This document shows positions 1-10,545 of a DNA stretch of 32,000 bases, in pieces. The stretch lies in the NCBI RefSeq assembly GCF_000195855.1, contig NC_002677.1, positions 2,520,001-2,552,000 of the forward strand, read 5' to 3'. The notes under the pieces were generated by a model, which was not told where the DNA came from, ran no database searches, and worked only from the letters and a program-made list of their open reading frames with translations. This DNA comes from Mycobacterium leprae TN. Lineage in GTDB: Bacteria; Actinomycetota; Actinomycetes; Mycobacteriales; Mycobacteriaceae. The position numbers and the translations under genes are program-made. The stretch's first letter is position 1; each line of letters opens with the position of its first letter.

Positions 1-861
1 GGGCTCGCTGGGCCATGTAACCGTCGCCGAGCCGGGTGTTCTAATCGGCTTCCTTGGGCCTCGGGTGTATGAGTTGCTGTATGGCGAACCTTTCCCGTCC
101 GACATCCAGACAGCGGAGAATCTGCAACGGCATGGGGTAATCGACGCTATCGTCACGCTGGACGGACTGCAACTGACGTTGAATCGTGCGCTGACGATGA
201 TCGCCGATGTTCCCAAACTAATACCGACGCCACAACGACCCGAACCGATACCGGATGTGCCAGCTTGGAACTCGGTTATGGGGTCGCGACGGCCTGAACG
301 GCCAAGTGTCGCACAAGTACTGCGGCACGGCGCCACCGACCGAGTGCTGCTGTCCGGACCCGGTCACGGCGAGGCAGCGACCACCTTGCTGGCACTGGCC
401 CGATTGGCCGGCCAGACCGCAGTGGTAATCGGTCAGCAACGGAAGGACGGCGGTAATCGCCCAGTGTCTGGCTGAGCTCGTCACGCTGGACACACCAACA
501 GTGTCGGTCCTACTGGGTCAGGGCAGTGGCGGACCGACACTGGCCATGGTGCCCGCCGACCGGGTACTGGCGCCACTCCCGCCGGAGGGCGCCAGCGCGA
601 TTGTTTTCCATGATACCGCTCATGCCGCCGAATTTGCAGCGGCCCAGGGCTTCCGGTCGTCCTGACCTGATGAAGTCCGGAATCGTCGATGTGATCGTGC
701 CCGAGCACACCACCGCTGCCGACGAGCCGGTCGAGTTTTGCCAACGACTGTGCAGTGCTATCGCCACCGAGCTACACGCGCTACGCGAAGTACCCGATTC
801 CCAACGTCTTGCGACGCGGTTACAGCGTTACCGCCGCATCGGGCTGCCCCACGACACTTAA
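1..861 (+). pseudogene. accD3: Acetyl/propionyl-CoA carboxylase carboxyltransferase subunit AccD3 (Rv0904c-like). The 5' end lies outside the window and the gene is frameshifted.
   Basis: Homology runs through three frames. ORF 65..475 reads YELLYGEPFPSDIQTAENLQRHGVIDAIV. A second frame from about 460 reads AQCLAELVTLDTPTVSVLLGQGSGGP..PPEGASAIVFHDTAHAAE. ORF 526..861 ends SGIVDVIVPEHTTAADEPVEF...RIGLPHDT. At least two frameshifts, and an apparent internal deletion relative to recalled Mtb AccD3. Confidence 0.85.
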
Positions 862-929
862 ACCAACTACCTACGCACACAACTCGCCGCAACGCATGAC
901 TGTAGTTTATATCTGGGTGAACGTGTCCA

Positions 930-1480
930 GTCGGTCATGGCAACTTTGCCCATGGATGACGCTTGGTGGGCGGCGAAACCTTGTGGCGCGGAACGCTGAG
1001 CTGCTATCGACTGCGAAGACAGGCTGAAGCCGGGTGGCTGTGGTCAGTCCGACCCGGCGTCATTGCCGGGCTGGCCGCAGCAGCGCTGCATGACTCGGAT
1101 TTCATCGACAACGACGAACCAGTCGAGCTAATCTGGCGTAACCAAAACTTACCGGCCGACATGATCACCCGAAATCAGCGCATCGATGAATGACAAGCTT
1201 ACTTGCGTCGGCTGACCTTCGGTGATGACGCTTGCGCGAACGGTCACCGTCGAATATGACGGGAACCATCACCGCACCAGCCGACGCAAGCACATTTCGG
1301 AACCAGTGGCGGCTACGCAAGCAGCACACAGCTGGAGTGGATCGTTGTCCGAGCGATCACCGAGGATATTTTCGTTGGGTACGCCAAACACTCTACCGTC
1401 GCGGATCATCTCAACCAGGGGCGGCCGCCGCAGCGCCAACCAGCACACTCTGGCCTACCGGTGATCCGGCCAGGTAGTCA
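930..1480 (+). pseudogene. Remnant of a DUF559-type endonuclease-domain conserved hypothetical protein
   Basis: Fragments PVELIWRNQNLPADMITRNQRI and VTVEYDGNHHRTSRR, plus RNQWRLRKQHTAGVDR in another frame, resemble the (V)EYDG..H motif and C-terminus of mycobacterial DUF559 proteins. The remnant is broken by stops and frameshifts. Confidence 0.45.
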
Positions 1481-1539
1481 GCGGACCAGCACAAGGTTGA
1501 GAAGTTGACTGGCCCATCTACGAGCGGCGGCTTGGGTCG

Positions 1540-2055
1540 CTATCGAGCAGGTTGAATGCTCACCCCGTCGTACGCAGCGACGACAACGCAAGCAGCGTTG
1601 CCCATTGTCCCGATTGCATTGGGTAACTCAATAGCGCTGCTGAAACGGTCTTCGATAGCTACTCGCAGCTTAGCGCGCTGAGCAACCAAGCATTGGATGA
1701 GGTCAGGGTGGCACCCGGCGTGCATCAGGAAGTCGGTTTTGACGAGCAGCCAGTCGGGATCGAGCAACAGGGTGGCCGCAACCCTGTCCACGAGCTCGAC
1801 CAGATCGGCGGATTCGCCGGCGCCCGCGATAGCGGGCTGAGCTGTTCGGTGATTATGGTCGCGTGCTGGTCGTAAAGCGCGAAGAACAATTCCTCGAGGC
1901 GATCGAACAGCGAGTAAAACACCTCGTGGGTGTAGCCGGCCACCGTACACACATCATTCTATGCGTACATACCCAAATCCCTTGTCGTCGAACACCTGAA
2001 ACGTAGCCTCGATAAACCGGATGCGAGCTTCTGCGTCACGGCTTGACACCTGCAT
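1540..2055 (-). pseudogene. TetR-family transcriptional regulator, decayed
   Basis: The minus-strand N-terminus reads MQVSSRDAEARIRFIEATFQVFDDKGFGYVRIE*, then DVCTVAGYTHEVFYSLFDRLEELFFALYDQH (ORF 1725..1952), which is a TetR HTH signature. The C-terminal ligand domain continues in another frame (ORF 1540..1950). One in-frame stop and at least one frameshift. Confidence 0.7.
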
Positions 2056-2091
2056 CGGCTTGGCGACGTCGGCAATTGTGGATGCTACCTG

Positions 2092-2107
2092 TCTATAACT
2101 CTATAAC
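2092..2107. repeat. 8-bp tandem direct repeat (TCTATAAC x2) in the TetR / FAD-dehydrogenase divergent intergenic region
   Basis: Read directly: positions 2092-2099 equal 2100-2107. It lies between the TetR start (2055) and the dehydrogenase ATG (2196). Confidence 0.85.
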
Positions 2108-2195
2108 ACTCCAATACATAGGAAGATCAGATTCAATGATGTATCCGCTTGGCGCTCAGGGCGGCATCTGTACCAATCCGTAGGGAGACCATTGC

Positions 2196-3875
2196 ATGGA
2201 CGCTGATGTGATCGCCATAGGCGGCGGTTTAGCCGGACTGGTCGGCGACCCACGAACTGACTGCTCGGGGCAATAAGGGCGCACTGATAGACCATGAGAG
2301 CTAAGCCACCTGGGCGGTCAAGCCTTCGGGTCGTTCGGTGAGAATTTTCTGGTCGAAAGTCCCGAACAGCGGCGTTTAGGGATCCAAGACTCCATTACTT
2401 AACACACTGGCCTGGAACGACCGTTCGGGGAAGTGCAGCATTCGACTGGCTCAACTATGAAGATTTTTGGAAGAATTTTGTGTAGTGAAGTGAGCTCGGT
2501 GCTACGTTAGAGTTCGTCACCACAGAGAAGCGCAACTACCTAACTGAACAGGGCATTCAGTTCATGCCCATCGTGGGGTGGTGTGAGCGTCGGGATATAC
2601 TCGTCAGCGGGCACTACAACTCGGTGCCCCGCTTGCAGATGACCTGGAAAACCGGCCACCGGAGTCGTGGAGCAGTTCATGCATTCGGCCCGCCAAGGGG
2701 GCGGCGCGCAAGCTGGTGACATCCTATCATCGCCACCACGTCGACGAACTGGTCTTCACCAACGACGCTGCCACCAGGGTCAAAGGGCATAGTGCTGGCG
2801 CCCTACAGCTCGGTGCATGGCGCCCCATCCAACCGCAAGGTACAAGCTCTCGGCACAAACGGTAATCATCTCCATAGGAGGGACTGGCAGCAACCACGAC
2901 ATGGTGCGTAGCTACTGGCCGCAGCGGATAGGCACCGCACCGGCGCCCATGATCACCGGCGTGCCGTCCTACGTGGACGGCCGGGTGCTCGCTATCACCG
3001 CTGACAACGGCGTGCGGCTGATCAACCGCGACCAGATGTTTAACCACGCCATCCGAATCCTTTCCGGTCCATCGTCGATGTGGTTCGACACACTGGACCG
3101 GCTGCTTCCCGCACCTCTACCTGCCTGGTTACGACACCCTGGGCACCGTACAGTATTTACCGCACCACCACCGATATCGCACATTACGAACAATTCTGGT
3201 TCATCCTGATCCAGAAGATCATCCAGAAAAAGTCGCGCTATTCGGCTCAAAGCAAAACCCGGACATCACCCCTAAGAGCCGCAAAACAGTTCTGTGAGAA
3301 CGGATCTTCAATAAGCAGAAGCCGAGCCCAGTCGAAGCGTTCAAAATCTATGGTGCCAACTTCGTAGCAGCCAAAAGCCTCGAAGAACTCGCCGCGCATC
3401 AATACCATCACCGACGAACCCCTCTTGGAAACGGCCGTGATCCGCGCGCAGAACTAATCCCGGAACCTACAGATGGCCAACCCGTTCAACAAAGACTCCC
3501 AAGTCCAGGACATCCGCAACGCTCGTTGGCCAAACGGCTCAGCCGGGCCGCCACCCCGCACCGCACTCTCGCGCCTAACACGGGACCGTTGATTGGGGGT
3601 GACATTGCACATCCTGACACAAAAAATTTTGGGCAACATCCAAATCTACCTCGCCTACCGCTAGCTAGGTAACCGAAGGTAAAATCAACCCCGGCCTGTA
3701 CGCCGCCTAGGAGGTCGCCGGATTCAGCGACGGTGGAATGCACGACTGCAACACACTGGAAAGCACGTTCAAAAGCGGCTGCATCTTCTCCGGACGCACC
3801 GACATCGACTCCCTCCGACCTAGCAGCATGTCTTCGACAAACTGCGCCGACACGTCCAAACACCAGCACCACGCC
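2196..3875 (+). pseudogene. FAD-binding dehydrogenase (COG3573-like oxidoreductase), heavily decayed
   Basis: ATG at 2196 follows GGGAGA. The N-terminus MDADVIAIGGGLAGLV is a GxGxxG FAD fold. Later fragments in several frames: LGGQAFGSFGENFLVESPEQRRLGIQDS, ISIGGTGSNHDMVRSYWPQRIG..GVPSYVDGRVL, RILSGPSSMWFD, GSKQNPDIT, GPLIGGDIAHPDTKNFG and HDCNTLESTFKSGCIFSGR. Many stops. Confidence 0.75.
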
Positions 3876-3964
3876 CTAGCTGAATCCGTTTCCCGATCCA
3901 GGTACGCAAGATTGCGCACTAAAGTTCAAATCCCGCAACATCGGCGGTGATTAATACACAAAAT

Positions 3965-3993
3965 ATCGTTGTTTATCAACTGATTTCAACGAT
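3965..3993 (+). promoter_or_regulatory. Candidate response-regulator box upstream of prrA: a 7-bp inverted repeat that encloses two TCAAC half-sites 10 bp apart
   Basis: ATCGTTG (3965-3971) and CAACGAT (3987-3993) form the inverted repeat. ATCAAC (3975-3980) and TTCAAC (3985-3990) are direct repeats with 10-bp spacing. They lie in an AT-rich tract about 160-185 nt upstream of the prrA ATG. Confidence 0.25.
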
Positions 3994-4149
3994 TACACGA
4001 TCAGTTCCCAAACAGTAACCATTTAACCGAAAGGACGCCTTGTCGAAAAGCAGACAATGCTTGGAGCAGCCGTGCAGTGGAGCACTCCCCCGTGACCCGG
4101 CGACTGGTACTCCCACCGCCGTCGAAAAAGATCCGGCAAAATAGGCCGC

Positions 4150-4851
4150 ATGGACACTGGTGTAAGCTCACCTCGAGTGTTGGTCGTCGACGACGATTCC
4201 GATGTGCTTGCCTCGCTGGAGCGAGGCCTACGGCTATCCGGATTCGAGGTATCGACTGCTATCGACGGTGCCGAGGCGTTGCGCAACGCCACCGAGACCC
4301 GGCCGGATGCAATCGTGCTCGACATCAATATGCCGGTACTGGACGGTGTAAGCGTCGTCACGGCATTAAGAGCCATGGACAACGACGTCCCAGTCTGCGT
4401 GCTGTCCGCACGCAGTTCGGTCGACGATCGAGTGGCGGGCCTGGAGGCCGGCGCCGATGATTACCTGGTCAAACCGTTCGTGCTGGCCGAGCTGGTGGCA
4501 CGAGTGAAAGCGCTGCTGCGCCGCCGCGGCGCTACCGCAACGTCTTCCTCGGAAACCATAGCCGTGGGCCCGCTGGAGGTAGACATCCCCGGTCGGCGGG
4601 CCCGAGTCAATGGCGTCGATGTCGACCTGACCAAGCGAGAGTTCGATCTGCTGGCAGTGCTGGCTGAGCACAAGACCACCGTCTTGTCACGCGCCCAGCT
4701 GCTGGAGCTGGTGTGGGGCTATGATTTCGCCGCCGACACGAATGTCGTCGACGTGTTCATCGGGTACCTGCGCCGCAAGTTGGAGGCCAACAGCGGGCCC
4801 AGGCTACTGCACACCGTTCGAGGAGTTGGGTTCGTACTGCGCATGCAGTAA
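4150..4851 (+). CDS. prrA: OmpR-family two-component response regulator PrrA
   Basis: Intact 233-aa ORF. It reads [34 protein letters not shown]...[12 protein letters not shown] and is near-identical to recalled Mtb PrrA (Rv0903c). It has a receiver domain and a winged-helix output domain. Confidence 0.95.
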   Translation: MDTGVSSPRVLVVDDDSDVLASLERGLRLSGFEVSTAIDGAEALRNATETRPDAIVLDINMPVLDGVSVVTALRAMDNDVPVCVLSARSSVDDRVAGLEAGADDYLVKPFVLAELVARVKALLRRRGATATSSSETIAVGPLEVDIPGRRARVNGVDVDLTKREFDLLAVLAEHKTTVLSRAQLLELVWGYDFAADTNVVDVFIGYLRRKLEANSGPRLLHTVRGVGFVLRMQ

Positions 4852-4868
4852 CCGGATCGAAGCAGGCC

Positions 4869-6209
4869 ATGAATATCCTGTCGCGAATCTTCGCCCGTAC
4901 GCCGTCGTTGCGAACCCGGGTGGTGGTCGCTACGGCCATCGGTGCAGCGATTCCGGTTCTCATCGTCGGCACAGTCGTCTGGGTCGGGATCACCAACGAC
5001 CGCAAAGAGCGGCTGGACCGCAAACTGGATGAGGCAGCCGGTTTCGCGATCCCGTTCGTGCCGCGCGGCCTTGACGAAATTCCGCGCTCGCCTAACGACC
5101 AGGACGCCATCATCACCGTGCGCCGCGGCAACTTGGTCAAGTCGAATTTCGACATCACGCTGCCCAAACTGACAAACGACTACGCTGATACCTACCTCCG
5201 CGGGGTACGCTACCGAGTACGGACGGTGGAGATCCCAGCACCGGAGCCGACATCAATTGCTGTCGGCGCGACGTACGACGCCACCGTCGCCGAGACCAAC
5301 AACTTGCACCGCCGAGTGCTACTGATCTGTGGATTCGCCATCGCTGCGGCGGCCGTTTTCGCCTGGCTGCTGGCCGCATTCGCAGTGCGCCCGTTCAAAC
5401 AGCTTGCTCAGCAGACCCGATCAGTCGATGCCGGCGGTGAGGCACCACGGGTGGAGGTGCACGGCGCCACCGAAGCCGTTGAGATCGCCGAGGCGATGAG
5501 AGGAATGCTGCAGCGTATCTGGAATGAACAGAACCGGACCAAGGAGGCGCTGGCCTCGGCCCGCGATTTCGCTGCAGTGTCCTCCCATGAACTACGCACA
5601 CCATTGACTGCGATGCGCACTAATCTCGAAGTGCTTGCCACCCTGGACTTGGCCGACGACCAACGCAAAGAAGTCCTGGGCGACGTGATCCGCACCCAGT
5701 CGCGGATAGAGGCCACCCTCAGCGCGCTGGAGCGGTTGGCCCAGGGAGAACTGTCGACGTCGGACGATCACGTGCCAGTCGACATCACTGAGTTGCTCGA
5801 CCGTGCCGCCCACGACGCGACTCGGAGCTACCCTGAGCTCAAAGTCTCGCTGGTGCCGTCGCCGACCTGCATCATTGTGGGGTTGCCAGCCGGGTTACGA
5901 CTTGCCGTCGACAACGCGGTCGCCAATGCCGTGAAACATGGCGGCGCCACCCGAGTCCAGCTGTCCGCGGTCAGTTCGCGGGCCGGGGTAGAAATTGCCG
6001 TCGACGACAACGGCAGTGGAGTGCCCGAAGATGAGCGCCAAGTGGTGTTTGAACGGTTTTCTCGAGGATCGACGGCCTCCCACTCGGGATCGGGTCTGGG
6101 GCTGGCGCTGGTGGCCCAGCAGGCCCAGCTACACGGCGGGACGGCTTCATTGGAAACTAGCCCGCTGGGCGGCGCGCGGCTGCTGCTGCGTATATCCGCG
6201 CCCAGCTAA
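4869..6209 (+). CDS. prrB: Sensor histidine kinase PrrB
   Basis: Intact 446-aa ORF starting 17 nt after prrA. It has an N-terminal TM segment, a HAMP-like region, the H-box SSHELRTPLTAM, and the ATPase N/G boxes DNAVANAVKHG and GSGLGLALV. Near-identical to recalled Mtb PrrB (Rv0902c). Confidence 0.95.
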   Translation: MNILSRIFARTPSLRTRVVVATAIGAAIPVLIVGTVVWVGITNDRKERLDRKLDEAAGFAIPFVPRGLDEIPRSPNDQDAIITVRRGNLVKSNFDITLPKLTNDYADTYLRGVRYRVRTVEIPAPEPTSIAVGATYDATVAETNNLHRRVLLICGFAIAAAAVFAWLLAAFAVRPFKQLAQQTRSVDAGGEAPRVEVHGATEAVEIAEAMRGMLQRIWNEQNRTKEALASARDFAAVSSHELRTPLTAMRTNLEVLATLDLADDQRKEVLGDVIRTQSRIEATLSALERLAQGELSTSDDHVPVDITELLDRAAHDATRSYPELKVSLVPSPTCIIVGLPAGLRLAVDNAVANAVKHGGATRVQLSAVSSRAGVEIAVDDNGSGVPEDERQVVFERFSRGSTASHSGSGLGLALVAQQAQLHGGTASLETSPLGGARLLLRISAPS

Positions 6210-6233
6210 CCGAAAGAACCTCGCTGAATGCCT

Positions 6234-6614
6234 TTATTTCCGTGAACTCTTGCGCCACGGCGTGAAGTAGGCCCTTTTCGCGTATTCCGTATCCTCGAAC
6301 CCTATCTGGGCGACGGCCGAATCATATGTGCGGTCGTCGAGCATGTAGTAGAATCTGATATACGATCGACTCTTTACCAATTCATCTCGCCGGCCCGCTG
6401 CCGTCGTCACGGGCACAAGTGGAGCCCGGGCCAAAAGGCACATATGGCGCCATGGCAATCTTCGTCGGCAACTCTTCTGCAACCGGAATACTCGTCGTTG
6501 GTGAACCAAACTCAGCGCACCCAATTCACCCGTCGACATCGGGACCGACACTTGATGCTTGACGCGACGAACCATCAGCGCCAAGGTCAATACCAGTCTA
6601 ATGACAAAGGACAA
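6234..6614 (-). pseudogene. arfC: ArfC (Rv0901)-like membrane protein. A 126-codon frame is open but the homology signal switches frame.
   Basis: The position downstream of arfB matches the Mtb arfABC order. The open frame (TTG start) reads LVLTLALMVRRVKHQV at the N-terminus and ELVKSRSYIRFYYMLDDRTYDSAVAQIGFEDTEYAKRAYFTPWRK at the C-terminus. The expected linker motif APYVPFGPGS..DDGSGPA appears only in a different frame, which implies compensating frameshifts. Confidence 0.45.
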
Positions 6615-6641
6615 CGCGACTAGTCCTGCACCGATCCGTGG

Positions 6642-6794
6642 TCAATCAACACTGTACGCCCATCTCATTCGAGCCAGACAATCCTGCAGGAGCTGTGTTT
6701 CCTTGTTGTCGCTCGTTTGATCTACAAGGTGATAAACCACCGATCCCGCGACGAAAGCAAGCAGGTACGACAACCAATAGACCACCAAATCCAT
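6642..6794 (-). CDS. arfB: ArfB (Rv0900)-like 50-aa single-TM peptide, apparently intact
   Basis: The ORF is below the track cutoff: MDLVVYWLSYLLAFVAGSVVYHLVDQTSDNKETQLLQDCLARMRWAYSVD. The ATG at 6794 is preceded by AAGGGGAA and lies 12 nt after the arfA stop. The length (50 aa) and the N-terminal MD.V..W..YLLAF..GS pattern match my recollection of Mtb Rv0900. Confidence 0.45.
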   Translation of the reverse strand: MDLVVYWLSYLLAFVAGSVVYHLVDQTSDNKETQLLQDCLARMRWAYSVD

Positions 6795-6806
6795 GTCGGA
6801 TTCCCC

Positions 6807-7815
6807 TTAGTTGACCACGATTTCGACGCGGCGATTCTTGACGCGGCCGTCGGGCGTGTCGTTGCTGGCGATCGGGTTGACCAACCCTTTACTCTATAAT
6901 AGCTAGATGGTCGTAGACCATACCTGGACAACTAGGAAGTCGGCGACTGTACCGGACCACTGGGCACTCAAAGAAATATCGATGCCTGAATTGTCAAGTG
7001 TAACCATTGAGCATCACATGCGCATTGAGACATGGCTTAAGTTTGCTAGCAACCCGAGTCAGGATATGGTCGTGACTCGAGGTCAAGCTAAATGTGTCGT
7101 TCCCAAAGAGAATCGGCTCACCCGTCACTGCGTTAATGGCAGGCCGCAAATCGGCACACAGATCAACCGAAGGGAGTCCAGACGGGGCAAAGTCGGGAGG
7201 TTCCAGCCGGAGAAATCTGCCCCTTAATCTGAATTAATCAACGATATTCAGACCGTACCAGATGTGCACTGTGGCACGGTCGAGGGTATTTTTCTGGTCC
7301 ATCGATACCGATGTTACCACCAAAGCAACAATGTTACCGTTGACCATGAAAAGAAATCGATCAGGGACGCGCTCAATTTAAAAAGAAGCCCCGTGTTTTA
7401 GAAATCAAGTGTGTCAATATTAAGGTTGATCTGACTTTGGTCGACGACGCTGATATCTGGGACGAGAGAGCCCTTAAACGCGTCCAGTAGCTCCGCTTTG
7501 GTAGAGTCGTCGAAAAAATCACAGCTGAACGTAATATTGTTGGCATTGCGTCACATTGAAAGCTGTGCCAAGGAGAAACTTGGAAACGCCAGAACTGTTC
7601 AACGGCGCAAGTGAAAGCAGCGTGCCGATTGGCCCAGGTACAGACCGGGGATAATCGAAGGCACCACAATCGACTGACCCTATTAGCAAAAGAATAACCA
7701 CCACGCCGGTCAACCACGGAAGAATGGGCGAGCGCCGATCGAATCGTACAATTCCACCAGGAGTCGGTGATGGCGGCAGTTGTGCCGACATTCCACTGAT
7801 CATCCACCATCGCAT
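6807..7815 (-). pseudogene. arfA: OmpATb / ArfA (Rv0899) pseudogene
   Basis: The minus strand carries, in at least three frames: RSPILPWLTGVVVILLLIGSVDCGAFDYPRSVPGPIG (N-terminal TM), FDDSTKAELLDALKGSLVPDISVVDQ, CADLRPAINAVTGEPILFGNDTFSLTSSHDHILTRVASKLKPCLNAHVMLNGYT and GLVNPIASNDTPDGRVKNRRVEIVVN* (OmpA-C domain). Multiple stops and frameshifts. Confidence 0.9.
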
Positions 7816-8077
7816 TCTCCGCTAAATTGTTTGACGTTACTCGTCCGCACTGTAAGCGATATGTCACCTACCAAGTCGGCACGAGGACACTGCCTAGACC
7901 GGGCACACTAATAAACGATGGAAAAAGGAGGAAAAAGACCGCGCCACATCGGGCATTTGGCGAAACTCGCGGCGACCCGCGCGGGATGATTATGCGTCCA
8001 GCCGGACAAGTCGTGAGCCATACCGGTTAGGGACCGGCTAAAAAATAAGCCCCGAATAACTAACGTGGGACTTCGAC

Positions 8078-9467
8078 ACGACGGATTTCGATGTCATCGT
8101 CGTTGGCGGGCGACCCCCGCACCGGCCTACTTGGGCCCGTGCGGGCCTGCGGTTGCTGGAACGGCTGAGGCAGCCTTGGCGAAGCTGCAGTGCCAACCCA
8201 GGCTTTCGACGGTGTCGAGATCCAAGTGTCGATTTGGTCAGCTGGCTGCTGTCACGCACCGTCGACAAGCCGGGCACCCAAGTGCACTGGGTCCTGCGAC
8301 GCTATTCGTCGGTATACCCAGCAACCGGCTACAGCCAGACGCTCTGGCTTGCCGGTCCAAGCATACCGCTAACACATTCGCTGCGATCGGCGCAGCCGAC
8401 GATGGGAGCGGATTCGCCGAATTCTACCGAAGCTACCGACTGGTGACCGAAACGACTGAAGCCGACCCTGCTCGAACCCCTGCGCACCCACTAGCAGGCC
8501 TGCCAACACGCTGCGGCAGCCGGTGGACCCGATGCGGCGGCCATGTGGCAGGCAATGGTCTCCGATACACCGATCAGAGACGCCATTGCCCGACATGGTG
8601 GACAACGTCCTGGCCCGCGGGGTGATAGCCATCAGCGCAGACGTTTACGCCGTGAACCCGAATGGCAGAAATGCACTACCGCACCTGCGATGAAGAGAAC
8701 CTAGTCCGCGGCCGGTCCGTTCTGACCGGCGTAACCTCGGCCGGTCCTGGCCGACCCGTCACCACTAACCCAGTTCACACAGGTCAAGGTAAAGATGTTG
8801 CTGCACCGACTGCCTCGCTTGCGCGACAACAGCGTCACATCAGAGCAGGCGTTCGCCAACGTGTTCCACCTTTACTAAATGTGGAGCCAACTGGATACGG
8901 CTTTTTCGCGTGCAGCTGACGGGCAGCTACTGGATCTATTGCCGTGCGAGGCCTACTGCCAGTCGTTGACCCATCCGCGCATCCTGTCGGCCGGTTTACA
9001 CGGACGTGCACACAATGGCAGCGTCCAGCTTACACACACCGCACTCGATGTTCTGCCACCGCAGGACCGGATTCCATACACGACCAACTGACCGAGCTAG
9101 TACAGGCGTCTCTGAATCTCTTTCTGGACAAACCCATTCAGGAGATACCGATAACCTACGCACACGGCCAGCCGTGCATCGAGACAACGACCACCCTGAT
9201 TTTGCAACGCACACTGCAGATAACTGTAAGAAACATCCTCCACGGTGCGTTGCACTAGCCGTTCACCAAAGACGACGACCCGCTAAACACCTCGGCACGG
9301 CCATGAACAGTCGCCACGGCCCACGAGGCGGATCATGCTGTGCAGCTCGAGCGCCCGCTACGGCGGGGCAGTTTCAGACATCGGCCGGCCATAACACTGC
9401 CATGGCTGTGCTGGCCACCAGGAACACCCAGCTCGCCCCGGTCAGTCACACTCTGGCTCCCAGATAG
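8078..9467 (+). pseudogene. Phytoene-dehydrogenase-like FAD oxidoreductase (Rv0897c-like), decayed and shortened
   Basis: The start reads DFDVIVVGG..AGLRLLER (FAD fold). Later fragments read CQSLTHPRILSAGLHGRAH, GQPCIETTTTLILQRTLQITVRNILHGAL and AGHNTAMAVLA. These match motifs I recall from COG1233 proteins (YCHSLTDPSIL, DG.PCIEAKTP, GHNAAMAVL). They are in different frames, and the span is about 1.39 kb against about 1.6 kb expected. Confidence 0.65.
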
Positions 9468-9659
9468 CCGGCAGCATCGTCACCTGCGGAGCACCACCAA
9501 ACACACCACCGTCCAACACTGTCAACCCCGTAGGTCACGCGACCGTCTCGTCACCCGCGGTCCCAGCAAACCCCAACAGGACAGCATTCCAATCAGAAAC
9601 CAACACCGGCGACGCCTCACACACCGCCACCAGCCGAGTCAAGGGCGACGCAGTCTGTG

Positions 9660-10545
9660 AGCGCACGAAACCCCAGATTCGTCACGTTGTGGCTCTTTAC
9701 AGCCGAACATTTTCTAAACACGCTCCTCTCGTACCATAAGAAGCGCTATTCGGATACCCACCAATTCCCAGCGACAGCGCGAGCGGCGTGACACCCACTT
9801 TCGGGTATGGACAAGCCCAAAGAGTTCAAATACTAAAGCGACCTGGCCGGAAGAAACACATTCGCCTCAGCCAGCAGCTTCAAAAGTCCGAACAGCAATC
9901 GTAGCAACGCCTCGAGCCAATCAATAAGATACCAGAGAAGCGTGGTGAGCCAATCGACACCAAAAAGCGCAATAAGGCGAATCAACGCGTAAATACGCTT
10001 CCATGAGCACCGTACGCAACTCATAAAGAATGCAATCTCGGAAGACGAGGCGTGAGCAGGCAGGGTTGTGATAGGCACAGTATTGCCGGCACTGGCTTCG
10101 GCAATCCCCATCGCCGGGACAGTGTGGGGCACCAAATCCAACACCATAGTCGAAGCCGCCTGATAAATGCTCATTTTGGTGGCATCCTATGGATCCACAT
10201 CTGCGCATACTCAGCCTCATTGAGCATGACAGGGATCATGTTGATCCCCAAGAAATTCGTCGCCAACCACACCGTGTGAGTGTCAAGGTTGGCGGACAAC
10301 TCCGCCAACCTTGACATCATCTCCGATGCACTTACATAACATAAACCGTCCCCGCAACCTCATGCTGCGCAGCCATTCCCACACAGTCGGCATTGGTTTG
10401 AGTCAGCCAGGCTAGATATGGTGCGTGCGCGGCCACGCAAGTCGCCGCACTCCGGCCCTGCCACGTCCCAGCCTGCACCACACCCAGGTTTGCAGTGAGT
10501 TCTATTGCCGAGGAAGCATATTCACACCCAACGAATTCCATACCT
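9660..10545 (-). pseudogene. PPE-family protein (PPE4/PPE20-like), decayed. The 3' boundary is uncertain.
   Basis: Minus-strand fragments read EYASSAIELTANLGVVQAGTWQGRSAATCVAAHAPYLAWLTQTNAD, MSRLAELSANLDTHTVWLATNFLGINMIPVMLNEAEYAQMW and MSIYQAASTMVLDLVPHTVP. They closely follow the recalled PPE4 N-terminal domain ([38 protein letters not shown]). Several frameshifts and stops. Confidence 0.8.

Noticed and set aside
4366-5716. Several 60-136-aa ORFs antisense to or out of frame with prrA/prrB (for example 4366..4671 -, 4757..5167 -, 5408..5716 -)
   Set aside because: They lie entirely within strongly supported genes. They are Arg/Ala/Ser/Pro-rich in the way shadow ORFs in GC-rich DNA usually are, and they contain no recognisable motifs.
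7827-8030. A 67-aa ORF in the position expected for an Rv0898c homologue
   Set aside because: The assignment would rest on position alone. I cannot recall the Rv0898c sequence well enough to support homology, and the ORF composition looks non-coding.
8031-8060. Hairpin CCGGT-TAGGG-ACCGG followed by an A-run, considered as a terminator
   Set aside because: The stem is only 5 bp. The homopolymer run is on the wrong side or of the wrong base for an intrinsic terminator on either strand. It lies among pseudogenes.
8065-8625. A 186-aa ORF that could be taken for an intact gene
   Set aside because: Only its first few codons (DFDVIVVGG region, and in a neighbouring frame) carry oxidoreductase homology. 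The rest is an Arg/Pro/Thr-rich out-of-frame read-through of the decayed Rv0897c-like gene.
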